Origin: Candidatus Aegiribacteria sp.
GTDB lineage: Bacteria; Planctomycetota; Phycisphaerae; Sedimentisphaerales; Anaerobacaceae
Assembly (NCBI GenBank): GCA_048635425.1
Contig: JAIVYN010000001.1
Span: 2,532-66,531, forward strand
DNA length: 64,000 bases
Direction: 5' to 3'
Shown here: one piece after another, positions 1-10,400 of the stretch
Numbering within the stretch: position 1 is the stretch's first letter
Layout: each line of letters opens with the position of its first letter
The notes under the pieces: model-generated
Seen by the model: only the letters and a program-made list of their open reading frames with translations
Database searches by the model: none
Told to the model about the DNA's origin: nothing
Translations under genes and position numbers: made by a program

Positions 1-473
1 GGGTCGTACACATCTATTGGCTGTGGTGCTACATTTAGGTCTCCTACCCAGAGAACAGGGTCGGTGGGCTCGAAGTTCTTTTCGAAAAACGCCAGCAGAC
101 GACTGAACCAGTTCAGCTTATAATCGAATTTTTGAGACTCCGGCAAATAACCTTGTGGGATATAAGTATTGACGATAATAACACCGTCAATTTCCGCCTT
201 AATCAAACGAGCTTCGTCCTTTGGCTCATCCTCGAAGCCGGATTCTACATTGGTGATTTCATTTTTGCTGAATATTGCCACGCCGTTATAGCTTTTTTGT
301 CCCTTGAAGACATATCTGTACTCGGTCTTGTTAAACGCCTCGATTGGAAAATCGACATCCTGAACCTTGGTCTCCTGAACGCATAGGATATTCGGCTGAT
401 ACTCGGCGAGCCATTGAAGCACGATGGGCAAACGAGCACGAAGAGAATTAACGTTAAAGCTAACAACTTTCAT
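1..473 (-). CDS. xth: Exodeoxyribonuclease III / AP endonuclease, partial (C-terminus lies beyond window start)
   Basis: Absent from the ORF track because there is no stop inside the window. Hand translation of the minus strand from the ATG at 473-471 gives MKVVSFNVNSLRARLPIVLQWLAEYQPNILCVQETKVQDVDFP...PVLWVGDLNVAPQPIDVYD, open to base 1. The N-terminal FN.N..R, QETK and GD.N motifs are typical of the ExoIII family. Confidence 0.8.
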   Translation of the reverse strand, partial: MKVVSFNVNSLRARLPIVLQWLAEYQPNILCVQETKVQDVDFPIEAFNKTEYRYVFKGQKSYNGVAIFSKNEITNVESGFEDEPKDEARLIKAEIDGVIIVNTYIPQGYLPESQKFDYKLNWFSRLLAFFEKNFEPTDPVLWVGDLNVAPQPIDVYD

Positions 474-484
474 TCAGGCTGCTT

Positions 485-2836
485 TTAAGCCAGTTCTTCG
501 ACCTGTTTTTTCCTGGATTTGGTCTTCGTAGATATACTTTTTATTGGTTGCGGTTTTTCGGTTATCTGTTGTATGAGGTCTGTCCGGCTTGAGGAAACAC
601 CTTTTTTACGGCTCTGAATTTTATCAACTATGGTGTAACTCTCAACGATAGACAGCAGGCTCAACAGAAAGCTGAGCGTGCTTTCCGCACCCTGATTGGT
701 ATTAACACCGTCATGTAGAAGGCCGTCGTTACATCCTTTTGTTCTAAAGTCATACAGCGGAATGCGTAAGTCGTTTTGGCCCAGGAACCAATCAAAGGTT
801 TTTCTTTGAAGGGTCAAAAATTTCCCGTCTTGTGTGGCATCATAAGCTGCCCTTAACAACATAACCGTGCTTGCAGCTTCTATAGGTTGCTGGTCAAATG
901 TAGCTTTTGTCCCGCCCCGTTCGTACCATCCTTTGCAGCCGATGAAGCTGAAATATTCACCGTTAAAGATATTTTCCAGCAGGAATTCACAGGTTTTTTC
1001 TGCAATTTCGAGGTATTTTTTATTCTCGAAAGTCAAGCCGGCAACAAACAGGGCATGCGGCAAAACGGCGTTATCATAACTGAGCATGTCCTCGAACCAC
1101 TGCCAATCAGGAAAACTATTTTCCAGGTACTGAGTTACAAGGCCATCTGCGGTTAATTCCAATTGACGTTTTATGTCACTGGCTCCGGGGAACTGTTTGA
1201 GGTAATCACACATACCAAATATCGAATACGCCATACCCCTTGGGTACTGTTTACAGATGTGTTCTACTGATTTATCAAAGCAGCTTTTGGCAATCGAAAG
1301 ATATGCCGTCGTTGGTGGTTTTGCCATAACCGTTCCCAGCGCCCACAGCACTCTGCCGAAAGCATCATTTATTGGTTCTTCCTTAAACCAGGTTCTGTCA
1401 AAATTCATAAAGTTTCTGATTGTGCCGTCGCTGTTTTGAGAATGTATGATAAAGGAAAAATATATATCGAGAAGCTGGAGCGCCTGTGGCTCAGAATACT
1501 GGGCGTAATACTTGGCCATTGCAATTACCGCCCTGGCATTATCATCTGTGCAGTAACCGTATTCGCGGTTAGGTATTGTAAAATTGGCGTGCTGGTACAT
1601 ACCCGTATCGTCAGTTAGTTTTTCTATGTGGTCTAATGAAGGCTCAGGTACCTCGATTGATAGGGTGGTTTTCGCGGCAATGCGGAGAGGCAATCGTTTT
1701 GCCTTGAATAATCTCCAATAGGCCTGGCCGATTTTGGGCCAGGTTCTGGACCTGCCGTACTCGTAGGCCCGTCTTCGCAGCGAATAAAACTGCGAATCTT
1801 TCTGAAGTATTTCCACTATTGTTTCAGCTATTTGTTTCGAATCCCCGAATCGTACCAGCTCACCTCGGCCGTCGGCCAGCAGTTCCGTAGCCGCCCAATA
1901 GGGGGTGGAGACAACCGCCTTACCTGTGCCGACTGCAAATGATAAGGTGCCGCTGGTCAGTTGTTTTCTGTTGATATATGGCGTAACGTAGAGGTCGGCT
2001 GCGCATAAAAAGTTATGAAGCTCCTGGTCACTTACGAACCTGTTGTGAAAGATTACGTTTTCCTGCAGGTTTAAGTCTTTTACCATTTGCTGGAGTCTGA
2101 ATCTGTATGACTCGCCCTCATGTTTGAGTATGTTCGGATGTGTCATACCCAGGACGATGTACATAACAGACGGCTCGGCCTCGACTATAGCCGGCATCGC
2201 CTTGAGCATTACCTCTATCCCCTTGTTCTTGTTAAGCAGGCCGAATGTCAAAATAGTTTTTCGGTCCTCCATGCCGAATTTGTGCTTGTAGTAGTTGCTG
2301 TCAACGAACGGCAAATCCGGTATACCGTGTGCAATCAATTTTATCTTCTTGCTGGGTATATCATAAATGTCCCGCAGCATACTGACGCCGCGTTCGTTCA
2401 TAGTGATCACTCTATAAGAGGCGTTGCACACCTCCATACACGATTTGTGGTAAGCCGGGTCTGGTTCATCAATGACTGTATGAAGGGTTGTTATTATGGG
2501 GGCCTTTAGTCTGTTGAGCAGCAGGCTCAGATATGCCCCGGCTTCACCGCCGAAAAGACCGAATTCGTGCTGGACTGAGACCACGTCAACGTGGCTGAAA
2601 TTGATATAATCGGCCGCACAAATATAATCGCTTTTTACATTTTGGCGGATTTCGAACTTAACAGGGTCATCATATTTCTGCTCTCCAGACCGCATTGCGA
2701 CTACCAGCGGTTCGAATTCACCTTTGGCCGCCGACGCGGTGCTTTTTATAAGGTCCGATGTGAAAGTCGCAATTCCGCATTTTCTTGGGGGGTATGAAGA
2801 GATAAACACCACTTTTTTTGGTGAACCTTTTGCCAT
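485..2836 (-). CDS. GT4-like glycosyltransferase fused to a ~390-aa C-terminal helical domain
   Basis: 783-aa ORF. The N-terminal half (VVFISSYPPRKCGIATFTSDL...) reads as a GT-B group-1 glycosyltransferase. The C-terminal half is a separate Trp/Tyr-rich domain, possibly alpha/alpha-toroid-like. Motif recognition only. Confidence 0.6.
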   Translation of the reverse strand: MAKGSPKKVVFISSYPPRKCGIATFTSDLIKSTASAAKGEFEPLVVAMRSGEQKYDDPVKFEIRQNVKSDYICAADYINFSHVDVVSVQHEFGLFGGEAGAYLSLLLNRLKAPIITTLHTVIDEPDPAYHKSCMEVCNASYRVITMNERGVSMLRDIYDIPSKKIKLIAHGIPDLPFVDSNYYKHKFGMEDRKTILTFGLLNKNKGIEVMLKAMPAIVEAEPSVMYIVLGMTHPNILKHEGESYRFRLQQMVKDLNLQENVIFHNRFVSDQELHNFLCAADLYVTPYINRKQLTSGTLSFAVGTGKAVVSTPYWAATELLADGRGELVRFGDSKQIAETIVEILQKDSQFYSLRRRAYEYGRSRTWPKIGQAYWRLFKAKRLPLRIAAKTTLSIEVPEPSLDHIEKLTDDTGMYQHANFTIPNREYGYCTDDNARAVIAMAKYYAQYSEPQALQLLDIYFSFIIHSQNSDGTIRNFMNFDRTWFKEEPINDAFGRVLWALGTVMAKPPTTAYLSIAKSCFDKSVEHICKQYPRGMAYSIFGMCDYLKQFPGASDIKRQLELTADGLVTQYLENSFPDWQWFEDMLSYDNAVLPHALFVAGLTFENKKYLEIAEKTCEFLLENIFNGEYFSFIGCKGWYERGGTKATFDQQPIEAASTVMLLRAAYDATQDGKFLTLQRKTFDWFLGQNDLRIPLYDFRTKGCNDGLLHDGVNTNQGAESTLSFLLSLLSIVESYTIVDKIQSRKKGVSSSRTDLIQQITEKPQPIKSISTKTKSRKKQVEELA

Positions 2837-3037
2837 TCTTAAGTACCCAATTTTAAAATAGCGACAAAGTGAATTACGTTCATTTTAGGAGTAGTTCGTT
2901 AAGCTGTCAAGCGAATTGACCCTTGAACCGCATAAAAAAATGTTTTTTCCGGACGGATGGATTGATTCTGTATCGTCAGGGGTTTAGAATAAAAATTGGT
3001 TAATTTTTAAAATTTATGCAAATTTTTTTATTTTCTT

Positions 3038-3067
3038 TTGCACTGGAAATGGATATAAACGTATATT
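3038..3067 (+). promoter_or_regulatory. Candidate sigma70-type promoter of the Rrf2/cys/met/nif operon
   Basis: TTGCAC (3038-3043), 18-nt spacer, TATATT (3062-3067), in an AT-rich 268-nt gap upstream of 3105. Confidence 0.45.
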
Positions 3068-3070
3068 ATT

Positions 3071-3085
3071 CTACTATTTTAGTAG
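3071..3085. promoter_or_regulatory. Candidate Rrf2/IscR-type operator (perfect 6-3-6 palindrome)
   Basis: CTACTA-TTT-TAGTAG lies 20 nt upstream of the Rrf2 ATG and just after the predicted -10. The core ACTA-TTT-TAGT fits the ACTR-WWW-YAGT core of the IscR type-1 consensus. Confidence 0.4.
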
Positions 3086-3104
3086 GAATTATAGGAAATC
3101 GCTT

Positions 3105-3539
3105 ATGAAGCTATCGACTCGGACCAGATATGGTATAAGGGCCATATTAGAATTGGCAATGAGCGGCAATAAAGGCCCTTTGCAGTTGAAAATCATTGCT
3201 CAGAGGCAGGATATATCTGTTAAATATCTCGAACAATTGATGGTTGTTCTCAAGGCAGCGGGATTTGTCAGAAGTATCAGGGGGGCCAAAGGCGGTTATA
3301 TGCTTGCCAAAGCGCCGAATCAGATTGAGCTTATTGACGTTTTATATTGCCTGGAGGGCACCGTAACTACTGTCGAATGTGTTGAAAACAAGGATTACTG
3401 TGTTCGGGCCGCTGACTGTGCGGCCAGAGACCTCTGGGTGAAGGTGCAGAATGCGATTGAAGATGTCCTGAAATCTATGACGCTCCAGGATTTGGTCAAC
3501 GGGACAAAAGGAGACAAAACGTTAAATTATCAAATATAG
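3105..3539 (+). CDS. Rrf2-family transcriptional regulator with three clustered Cys (Fe-S capable, IscR/NsrR-like)
   Basis: MKLSTRTRYGIRAILELA... is a typical Rrf2 winged-helix N-terminus. The C-terminal part carries ECVENKDYCVRAADCA (C-x7-C-x5-C). Confidence 0.85.
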   Translation: MKLSTRTRYGIRAILELAMSGNKGPLQLKIIAQRQDISVKYLEQLMVVLKAAGFVRSIRGAKGGYMLAKAPNQIELIDVLYCLEGTVTTVECVENKDYCVRAADCAARDLWVKVQNAIEDVLKSMTLQDLVNGTKGDKTLNYQI

Positions 3540-3560
3540 AAGGTTGAAAGGCAAAAATTT

Positions 3561-4481
3561 ATGAACGCGATATTTGAAGATATCACGGCTGTGGTTGGCT
3601 TTACACCCTTGGTGCAGCTCAACAAGCTTGGCTCTGGCAAAGCGACTATTCTGGCCAAGCTCGAGTCTAAAAATCCCTGTGGAAGTGTGAAAGACAGGAT
3701 TGCCCTGTCGATGATAAGGTCTGCAGAAGAACAGGGACTGATAACCAAAGACACGGTCGTTATTGAGCCGACCAGCGGCAACACTGGCATAGGCCTTGCC
3801 TTCATCTGTGCAGCAAGAGGCCATCGATTGATATTGATTATGCCGGAGTCGATGAGCATAGAGAGAAGGAAGATATTAAAGCTGTTCGGCGCCGAGCTCG
3901 TACTCACGCCCCCGGAGCTGGGCATGGTCGGTGCGATTGAAAAGGCCGAAGAGCTTGTTTCCCAGAATCCAAATTCATTTATGCCGCAGCAATTCAAAAA
4001 CCCTGCAAACCCGCAAATACACAGGGAGACCACCGCAAAGGAGATTTGGATTGACACTGACGGAAAGGTTGACATTCTTGTCGCTGGAGTCGGTACCGGC
4101 GGGACCCTCACCGGCTGTGGCGAGGTTTTGAAGGAGAAAAATAAAGACCTGAAAGTCGTGGCGGTGGAGCCGAAAGATTCACCGATACTTTCCGGCGGCA
4201 AACCGGGCCCACATAAAATACAGGGTATAGGGGCGGGATTTGTGCCGGACGTTCTGAACGTTGGCATCATCGATGAGATTATCCAGGTCTCTAATCAAGA
4301 CGCTATTGAGACAGCACGCCGGCTGGCGCTGAAGGAAGGTATTCTTTCGGGTATAAGTGGCGGTGCAAATGTGTGGGCTGCGATACAGCTTTCGCAAAGC
4401 CGGGAAAATGAAGGTAAAGTCATAGTTACCTTTATCTGCGACACCGGTGAAAGATATATATCCACCGAAATGTTTGGGTAA
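3561..4481 (+). CDS. cysK: Cysteine synthase A (O-acetylserine sulfhydrylase)
   Basis: 306 aa. PLP-lysine motif GSVKDR, TSGNTG loop and GVGTGGT loop are present. Confidence 0.9.
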   Translation: MNAIFEDITAVVGFTPLVQLNKLGSGKATILAKLESKNPCGSVKDRIALSMIRSAEEQGLITKDTVVIEPTSGNTGIGLAFICAARGHRLILIMPESMSIERRKILKLFGAELVLTPPELGMVGAIEKAEELVSQNPNSFMPQQFKNPANPQIHRETTAKEIWIDTDGKVDILVAGVGTGGTLTGCGEVLKEKNKDLKVVAVEPKDSPILSGGKPGPHKIQGIGAGFVPDVLNVGIIDEIIQVSNQDAIETARRLALKEGILSGISGGANVWAAIQLSQSRENEGKVIVTFICDTGERYISTEMFG

Positions 4482-4518
4482 CAGCAGAAAACTTCTGCCC
4501 TTGTGAGGGGATACGAAA

Positions 4519-5445
4519 ATGCGAAAAAGAAGGTTGACCGATAAAAAAATCCAAAATCTGGTTGGTGAAATTGCTCAGACCTATCGGGGTGATTCAGGTA
4601 TAAATTTCATCGATACTTCTAATCTGCCCGTCAGAGGTGAGATTCTTCAGATTCTTGATTTGCTCTTTGAAGTGCTTTTTCCGGGTCATACCGGAAAAAG
4701 GACAGTTACAAAATCAAATATCAAATTCATTGTCGGCGATATTCTCTGTCAGATATATACTGAGCTTTCCGGACAGATAGAACGGGCTTATCTATATAAG
4801 TGCAAGATAAATAAATGTGAAGGGTGTGACTGCCGAACAATGGCGGAGAATGTTACCCAGCATTTATTGACTCAGCTGCCGAAGATAAGACAGATGCTGA
4901 AGGGTGATGTCGGTGCAGCTTTTGACGGAGACCCGGCTGCAAAGTCTTACGAGGAGATTGTGATAAGTTATCCTTGTATCACGGCAATTGCGACCTATCG
5001 CATTGCCCATGAATTGTATCTCAAACAGGTGCCGTTAGTTCCAAGGATAATGAGCGAGTGTGCACATTCCAAAACCGGCATCGATATACATCCCGGAGCA
5101 AAAATAGGCAAAAACTTCTTTATCGACCACGGCACAGGTGTTGTAATAGGCGAAACTACTATCATAGGCGACAAAGTCAAAATCTATCAGGGCACTACTC
5201 TCGGAGCTATGAGTTTTCCAAAAGACGAGAGAGGAAGGATAATAAAGGGCGGCAAAAGGCATCCGACGATAGAGGACAATGTAACAATTTACGCCGAGGC
5301 GACGATATTAGGCGATATAATTATCGGGAAAAATTCAGTGATTGGGGGCAATGTCTGGATAAAGGAATCGGTACCGGCCGGCGTTACGGTTTCAGTAGCC
5401 AATACGGATTTGGTGTACACAAGGCATAAAAAGCAGCAAGTGTGA
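4519..5445 (+). CDS. cysE: Serine O-acetyltransferase (long form)
   Basis: 308 aa. Left-handed beta-helix hexapeptide repeats (IHPGAKIGKNFFIDHGTGVVIGETTIIGDKVKIYQGTTLG) follow a helical N-domain. It sits next to cysK. Confidence 0.85.
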   Translation: MRKRRLTDKKIQNLVGEIAQTYRGDSGINFIDTSNLPVRGEILQILDLLFEVLFPGHTGKRTVTKSNIKFIVGDILCQIYTELSGQIERAYLYKCKINKCEGCDCRTMAENVTQHLLTQLPKIRQMLKGDVGAAFDGDPAAKSYEEIVISYPCITAIATYRIAHELYLKQVPLVPRIMSECAHSKTGIDIHPGAKIGKNFFIDHGTGVVIGETTIIGDKVKIYQGTTLGAMSFPKDERGRIIKGGKRHPTIEDNVTIYAEATILGDIIIGKNSVIGGNVWIKESVPAGVTVSVANTDLVYTRHKKQQV

Positions 5446-6380
5446 AACATACGAGATATAAGATGGATGAGCGTTTACTTGGAAAAATAAGAAAGTTAAA
5501 GGATGACCGTAAAGCGGTAATACTTGCCCACAACTATCAGCCCGGCGAGATACAGGACCTTGCTGATTTTACCGGTGATTCTTTGGGTTTGAGTATAAAG
5601 GCGGCCGAAACTGATGCTGATGTAATCGTCTTTTGTGGTGTACAATTTATGGCCGAAACCGCCTCTATTTTGTCACCGGAAAAGACCGTTCTTCTGCCGG
5701 ACAAATCCGCCGGCTGCCCAATGGCTGATATGATAACTGCAGAACAATTACGCCAACTGAAGAAGGAATATCCTGATGCCCTGGTAGTCTGTTATGTGAA
5801 TAGTTCCGCAGAGGTCAAGGCCGACAGCGATTACTGTTGTACAAGTGCTAATGCGGTTGAAGTGGTAAACTCTTTGCCGAAGGATAGTCGAATTATCTTT
5901 GTGCCGGACCAGCATCTTGGTCGGTTTGCTGCTGAAAGAACCGGCCGAGACCTTGTGCTCTGGCCCGGTTATTGTCACGTACATGTGGTGATAACCGAGG
6001 ATGATATTAGGACTGCAAGGGCGAAATACCCGGATGCGATTGTAATGGCGCACCCGGAATGCACTGAGCCGGTCAAGGAACTATCAGACGAGATGCTTAG
6101 CACCAGCCAGATGCTCAAGTTTGCTGCCAGAAGCACAGCGAAACGGTTTATAATAGCCACCGAGATAGGAATAATTCATACCTTGAAGAAAGAGAATCCT
6201 AACGCTCAATTTATCGCAGCCAGCGAAAGGGCTATCTGTCCCAATATGAAAAAGATCACCATGGAGAAGATTGTCTGGGCACTTGAAGATATGCAATACA
6301 AAATATCTGTACCCAAAGCAATAAGGGAAAAGGCGAAAAAGGCCCTGGACAAAATGGTGGAGATTCTACCAGCGAGATAA
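5442..6380 (+). CDS. nadA: Quinolinate synthase
   Basis: 312 aa. VILAHNYQ, FCGVQFMAETA and CPNMK motifs of NadA are present. It overlaps the cysE stop by 4 nt. Confidence 0.9.
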   Translation: MKHTRYKMDERLLGKIRKLKDDRKAVILAHNYQPGEIQDLADFTGDSLGLSIKAAETDADVIVFCGVQFMAETASILSPEKTVLLPDKSAGCPMADMITAEQLRQLKKEYPDALVVCYVNSSAEVKADSDYCCTSANAVEVVNSLPKDSRIIFVPDQHLGRFAAERTGRDLVLWPGYCHVHVVITEDDIRTARAKYPDAIVMAHPECTEPVKELSDEMLSTSQMLKFAARSTAKRFIIATEIGIIHTLKKENPNAQFIAASERAICPNMKKITMEKIVWALEDMQYKISVPKAIREKAKKALDKMVEILPAR

Positions 6381-6382
6381 GA

Positions 6383-8185
6383 ATGATAGAGGTTGGAAAA
6401 AATTCTGTTGGTCTTGTGCAGACGAAGGTGATACGCGTCGTTGAAGCCCGGCAGCCCCTGGAGCTGGAGTGCGGCAAGACGTTAGCTCCTATTGATGTGG
6501 CCTATGAGACATACGGCGAGCTTAACGAGGCCGGGGATAATGCTGTTTTGATTTGCCATGCCCTTAGCGGCAACGCTCACGTGGCTGGTGTAAACAATCC
6601 TGATGACCGAAAGCCCGGCTGGTGGGATGTTATGGTAGGTCCCGGCAAGAGAATTGATACGAATAAGTATTTTGTTATCTGCTCGAATTTTCTCGGCGGC
6701 TGCGGCGGGACGACGGGGCCGTCTTCGATTAACCCGTCAACAGGCAAGCCATACGGCCTGGACTTTCCGATTATCACCATAGCTGATATGGTCAAGGTCC
6801 AAAAGGTCTTGCTCGGTAAGCTCGGCATAAAAGAGCTCTTGGCGGTGATTGGCGGTTCGATAGGGGGGATGCAGGTCTTGCAGTGGGCGATTGAGTATCC
6901 TGACTTTGTCAAAGCTGCCATACCGGCTGCCACAACCACGCACCTCGGAGCTCAATCGATTGCGTTTGATGCGGTGGGCCGAAACGCCATACTGGCAGAC
7001 CCAAATTTTGAAGGCGGGCAATACACCGACGAAAAAGGCCCGGACAGAGGTCTGGCAATTGCCAGGATGATTGGGCACATAACGTATCTGTCAGAACAGG
7101 GTATGCGCGAAAAGTTTGGACGAAAGTTGCGAAATGCTGACAGCTACAGGTACGATTTCAACTCTGAATTTGCCGTTGAGACATACCTGGACTATCAGGG
7201 CCAAAGCTTTGTGGAGAGATTCGACTCCAATAGTTATCTTTATATAACCAGAGCTGCGGATTATTTCGACCTGGAAAAAGATTACGGGTCTCTAAAGAAT
7301 GCCTTTGCAAATACCAAATGCAGATTCCTGGTAATTAGCTTTGCAAGCGATTGGCTCTTCACGCCCGCTCAATCCAGAGCAATAGTCAATGCGCTCGTTG
7401 CTAATGACAAAGACGTTAGTTATTGCGATATTGCCTCGCCATACGGCCACGATGCATTTTTATTGGAACCGGAAATACTTGGCTCTTTTATTTCCGGCTT
7501 TTTAGATGCTACGCATCAGCCGGGGGAGAAAAAAGACCATAAGAACAAAATAGGACATGACCATAAGCAAATACACGATTTCGGACAAGCTAACCGAATC
7601 CGAGTTGACTATGATGTGATTGAATCACTGATAGAGCCAAACAGTACAGTTCTGGACATCGGCTGCGGCGACGGGGAGCTATTGGCAAATCTTATAGCCG
7701 ACAAGAACATAACAGGTAAAGGTATCGAGCTTGACCAGGACCTTGTCCTAACTTGTGTAAATAGGGGACTGTCGATTATACAGCACGATATAGAACATGG
7801 GTTAGAAAACTACGCTGACAAAAGCTATGATTATGTAATACTGTCGCAAACGGTGCAAACGGTGAAGAATCCTGAAGGTGTATTTGCCGAATTGCTGCGG
7901 GTGGCTCAGAAGGTGATTGTGAGCTTTCCCAACTTTGCTCATTGGCGGTGCAGAGCACAGTTGTTTTTTGGGGGAAATGCCCCTGTAACCAAGCAACTGC
8001 CCTTTGAGTGGCACAACTCTCCGAATATACATTGTCTGTCACTAAAGGATTTCGAACGATTCTGCAAAAGACTGAGCGTTAAGGTAGAAAAAAAGATTCC
8101 GTTGATTAAGACTCGTCTTAGCCCGGTAAGATTCGCACCAAATCTGTTTGCCGAGCAGGTAATCTACGTCACAGGTGGAGAATGA
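6383..8185 (+). CDS. metX: Homoserine O-acetyltransferase MetX fused in frame to MetW
   Basis: 600 aa. Residues ~1-380 form the alpha/beta hydrolase MetX (GGSIGGMQ nucleophile elbow, GHDAFLLE). Residues ~400-600 are MetW-like (RVDYDVIESLIEPNSTVLDIGCGDGELL SAM-fold motif). Confidence 0.85.
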   Translation: MIEVGKNSVGLVQTKVIRVVEARQPLELECGKTLAPIDVAYETYGELNEAGDNAVLICHALSGNAHVAGVNNPDDRKPGWWDVMVGPGKRIDTNKYFVICSNFLGGCGGTTGPSSINPSTGKPYGLDFPIITIADMVKVQKVLLGKLGIKELLAVIGGSIGGMQVLQWAIEYPDFVKAAIPAATTTHLGAQSIAFDAVGRNAILADPNFEGGQYTDEKGPDRGLAIARMIGHITYLSEQGMREKFGRKLRNADSYRYDFNSEFAVETYLDYQGQSFVERFDSNSYLYITRAADYFDLEKDYGSLKNAFANTKCRFLVISFASDWLFTPAQSRAIVNALVANDKDVSYCDIASPYGHDAFLLEPEILGSFISGFLDATHQPGEKKDHKNKIGHDHKQIHDFGQANRIRVDYDVIESLIEPNSTVLDIGCGDGELLANLIADKNITGKGIELDQDLVLTCVNRGLSIIQHDIEHGLENYADKSYDYVILSQTVQTVKNPEGVFAELLRVAQKVIVSFPNFAHWRCRAQLFFGGNAPVTKQLPFEWHNSPNIHCLSLKDFERFCKRLSVKVEKKIPLIKTRLSPVRFAPNLFAEQVIYVTGGE

Positions 8186-8188
8186 ACA

Positions 8189-9478
8189 ATGGACAAAAGT
8201 GTGAAATATCATTTGGAGACGTTGGCCTTGCACGCCGGCCACCAGGTCGATTCGGACACGCTCAGTCGTGCCGTGCCTGTTTATCAAACTACCAGCTTTC
8301 TTTTCAGGGATACGGAGCACGCCGGAAATCTGTTTGCGCTGAAGGAGTTCGGCAATATCTATACTCGCCTGATGAATCCGACGACCGATGTGTTAGAGAA
8401 ACGATTAGCAGCACTGGAAGGCGGAGTCGGCGGGCTTGCATTAAGTTCAGGACAATCCGCAATCTACGTGAGTATCTTCAACATTTGTGGTGCCCGAGGT
8501 CATATTGTAGCATCGAATTCGCTCTATGGCGGCACGGTGACATTGTTTAGCCAGACCTTTAAAAAGCTGGGGATTGAAGTTACTTTTGTTGACCCGAAAG
8601 ACCCGGAGAATTTTGCCAAAGCAATCAAAGATAATACCCGGCTGATTTATATAGAAACGTTAGGCAATCCCAAAAACGACATCCTCCAATACGAGAAGAT
8701 TGCCGAGGTCGCTCACAAAAACGGTATGCCGGTGATTTGTGACAGCACCGTCACCACACCTATACTGTTCAGGCCGATTGAATATGGTATCGACATCGTC
8801 GTTCATAGCTGCACCAAGTTCATCGGCGGGCACGGCACAAGTATCGGCGGTGCCATCGTCGATTCCGGCAAGTTCGACTGGACAAACGGCAGGTATCCTG
8901 AGCTGACTGAGCCGGACCCAAGTTATCACGGTGTAAAATACGTCGAGTCATTTGGCGAATTGGCCTACATTATCAAGGCAAGAACTCAATTCCTGCGGGA
9001 TATGGGTAGCTGTATGTCGCCGTTCAATGCGTTTCTTTTTTTGCAGGGGTTGGAAACGCTGCATCTGCGGATGGCAAGACATTCTGAAAATGCACTGTCA
9101 CTAGCACAGTGGCTCGAAAAACAGAATACGGTCACTTGGGTAAATTATCCGGGATTAAAATCTCATCCGGATTATGAATTGGCCAAAAAATATCTGCCCA
9201 ATGGTCAGGGTGCAATACTTGGTTTCGGAATCAAGGGCGGCAAAGAAGCTGGTATTAAGTTTATTAACAGTGTAAAATTAGCCAGCCACCTTGCCAATAT
9301 TGGTGACAGCAAAACTTTGGTGATACACCCGGCCAGTACAACACATCAGCAGCTTAGTGAAGCCGATCAGCTTGCGGCCGGTGTAACAGCCGATTATATT
9401 CGAGTATCTGTCGGCACTGAGCACATTGATGACATAATAGCCGATTTCGAGCAGGCTCTAAAGGCAAGTCAGATGTAA
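8189..9478 (+). CDS. metY: O-acetylhomoserine sulfhydrylase (PLP-dependent)
   Basis: 429 aa. Cys/Met-metabolism PLP family with [10 protein letters not shown] (PLP lysine). Typical MetY length and N-terminus (LETLALHAG). Confidence 0.85.
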   Translation: MDKSVKYHLETLALHAGHQVDSDTLSRAVPVYQTTSFLFRDTEHAGNLFALKEFGNIYTRLMNPTTDVLEKRLAALEGGVGGLALSSGQSAIYVSIFNICGARGHIVASNSLYGGTVTLFSQTFKKLGIEVTFVDPKDPENFAKAIKDNTRLIYIETLGNPKNDILQYEKIAEVAHKNGMPVICDSTVTTPILFRPIEYGIDIVVHSCTKFIGGHGTSIGGAIVDSGKFDWTNGRYPELTEPDPSYHGVKYVESFGELAYIIKARTQFLRDMGSCMSPFNAFLFLQGLETLHLRMARHSENALSLAQWLEKQNTVTWVNYPGLKSHPDYELAKKYLPNGQGAILGFGIKGGKEAGIKFINSVKLASHLANIGDSKTLVIHPASTTHQQLSEADQLAAGVTADYIRVSVGTEHIDDIIADFEQALKASQM

Positions 9479-9515
9479 GAATAGTAGATGGCGGATTTGT
9501 ACGGAGTATGAGACT

Positions 9516-10397
9516 ATGTGGGAGTACACGGATAAATTAAAAGACCATTTTTTTAATCCACGCAACGTCGGCGAAATAGAGAACCCGGACGGCGTCGGGG
9601 AGGTCGGCTCCTTAGCCTGTGGCGATGCCCTGAAGCTGATGTTCAAACTCGATGCCAATGGCAGAATCATCGATGCGAAGTTCAAGACCTTTGGCTGTGC
9701 AAGTGCAATCGCAACATCATCGGTACTGACCGAAATGATAAAAGGTTTGACTCTGGACGAGGCTACGAAAGTAACCAACAAAGATATCGCCGAATATCTG
9801 GGTGGTCTGCCCGAACAAAAGATGCACTGCTCGGTTATGGGCAGAGAAGCCCTTGAGGCGGCAATTGAAAACTACCAAAGCGGCGGAAAGGAAAAACATG
9901 AGCTTGAAGGTAATGTTATCTGCACCTGTTTTGGCGTAACCGACAAGGAAATCGAAAGAGTAATACGTGAGAACAATCTAACGATGGTTGAAGAGGTTAC
10001 GAATTACTGCAAGGCGGGCGGCGGCTGCGGAGGGTGCCAGGGCGAAATTGAAAAAATGATAGAAAAGATACAGCCGGATGAAATAAAACAGGCCCCTATA
10101 ACAGTAGCTCGACGAGCAGGCAAACTTACCAATATTCAAAAGATTCAGTTAATCCAGCAGACAATAAATGAGCAAATCAGGCCGGCCCTGCGGGCGCACG
10201 GTGGAAATATCGAGCTAATAGATGTTGAAGGAAATAAGGTTGTCGTCGCATTCAGGGGAATGTGCGCACAGTGCAGACTGGCCGAGCTTACGATGAAGGA
10301 TGTCGTCGAAGCCAAACTAAAAGAATTCGTTTCCGAGCAGCTTTTTGTCGAAGAAGACAAAGAATCTGCAAAGCAGCCGCACAATCACAGGGAATAA
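9516..10397 (+). CDS. nifU: NifU Fe-S cluster scaffold (three-domain form)
   Basis: IscU-like N-domain (GSLACGD, FGCASAIA, MHCS). Central BFD-like 2Fe-2S domain (CTCFGVTD...CGGCQ). C-terminal NifU domain (CAQC). Confidence 0.9.
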   Translation: MWEYTDKLKDHFFNPRNVGEIENPDGVGEVGSLACGDALKLMFKLDANGRIIDAKFKTFGCASAIATSSVLTEMIKGLTLDEATKVTNKDIAEYLGGLPEQKMHCSVMGREALEAAIENYQSGGKEKHELEGNVICTCFGVTDKEIERVIRENNLTMVEEVTNYCKAGGGCGGCQGEIEKMIEKIQPDEIKQAPITVARRAGKLTNIQKIQLIQQTINEQIRPALRAHGGNIELIDVEGNKVVVAFRGMCAQCRLAELTMKDVVEAKLKEFVSEQLFVEEDKESAKQPHNHRE

Positions 10398-10400
10398 GTA

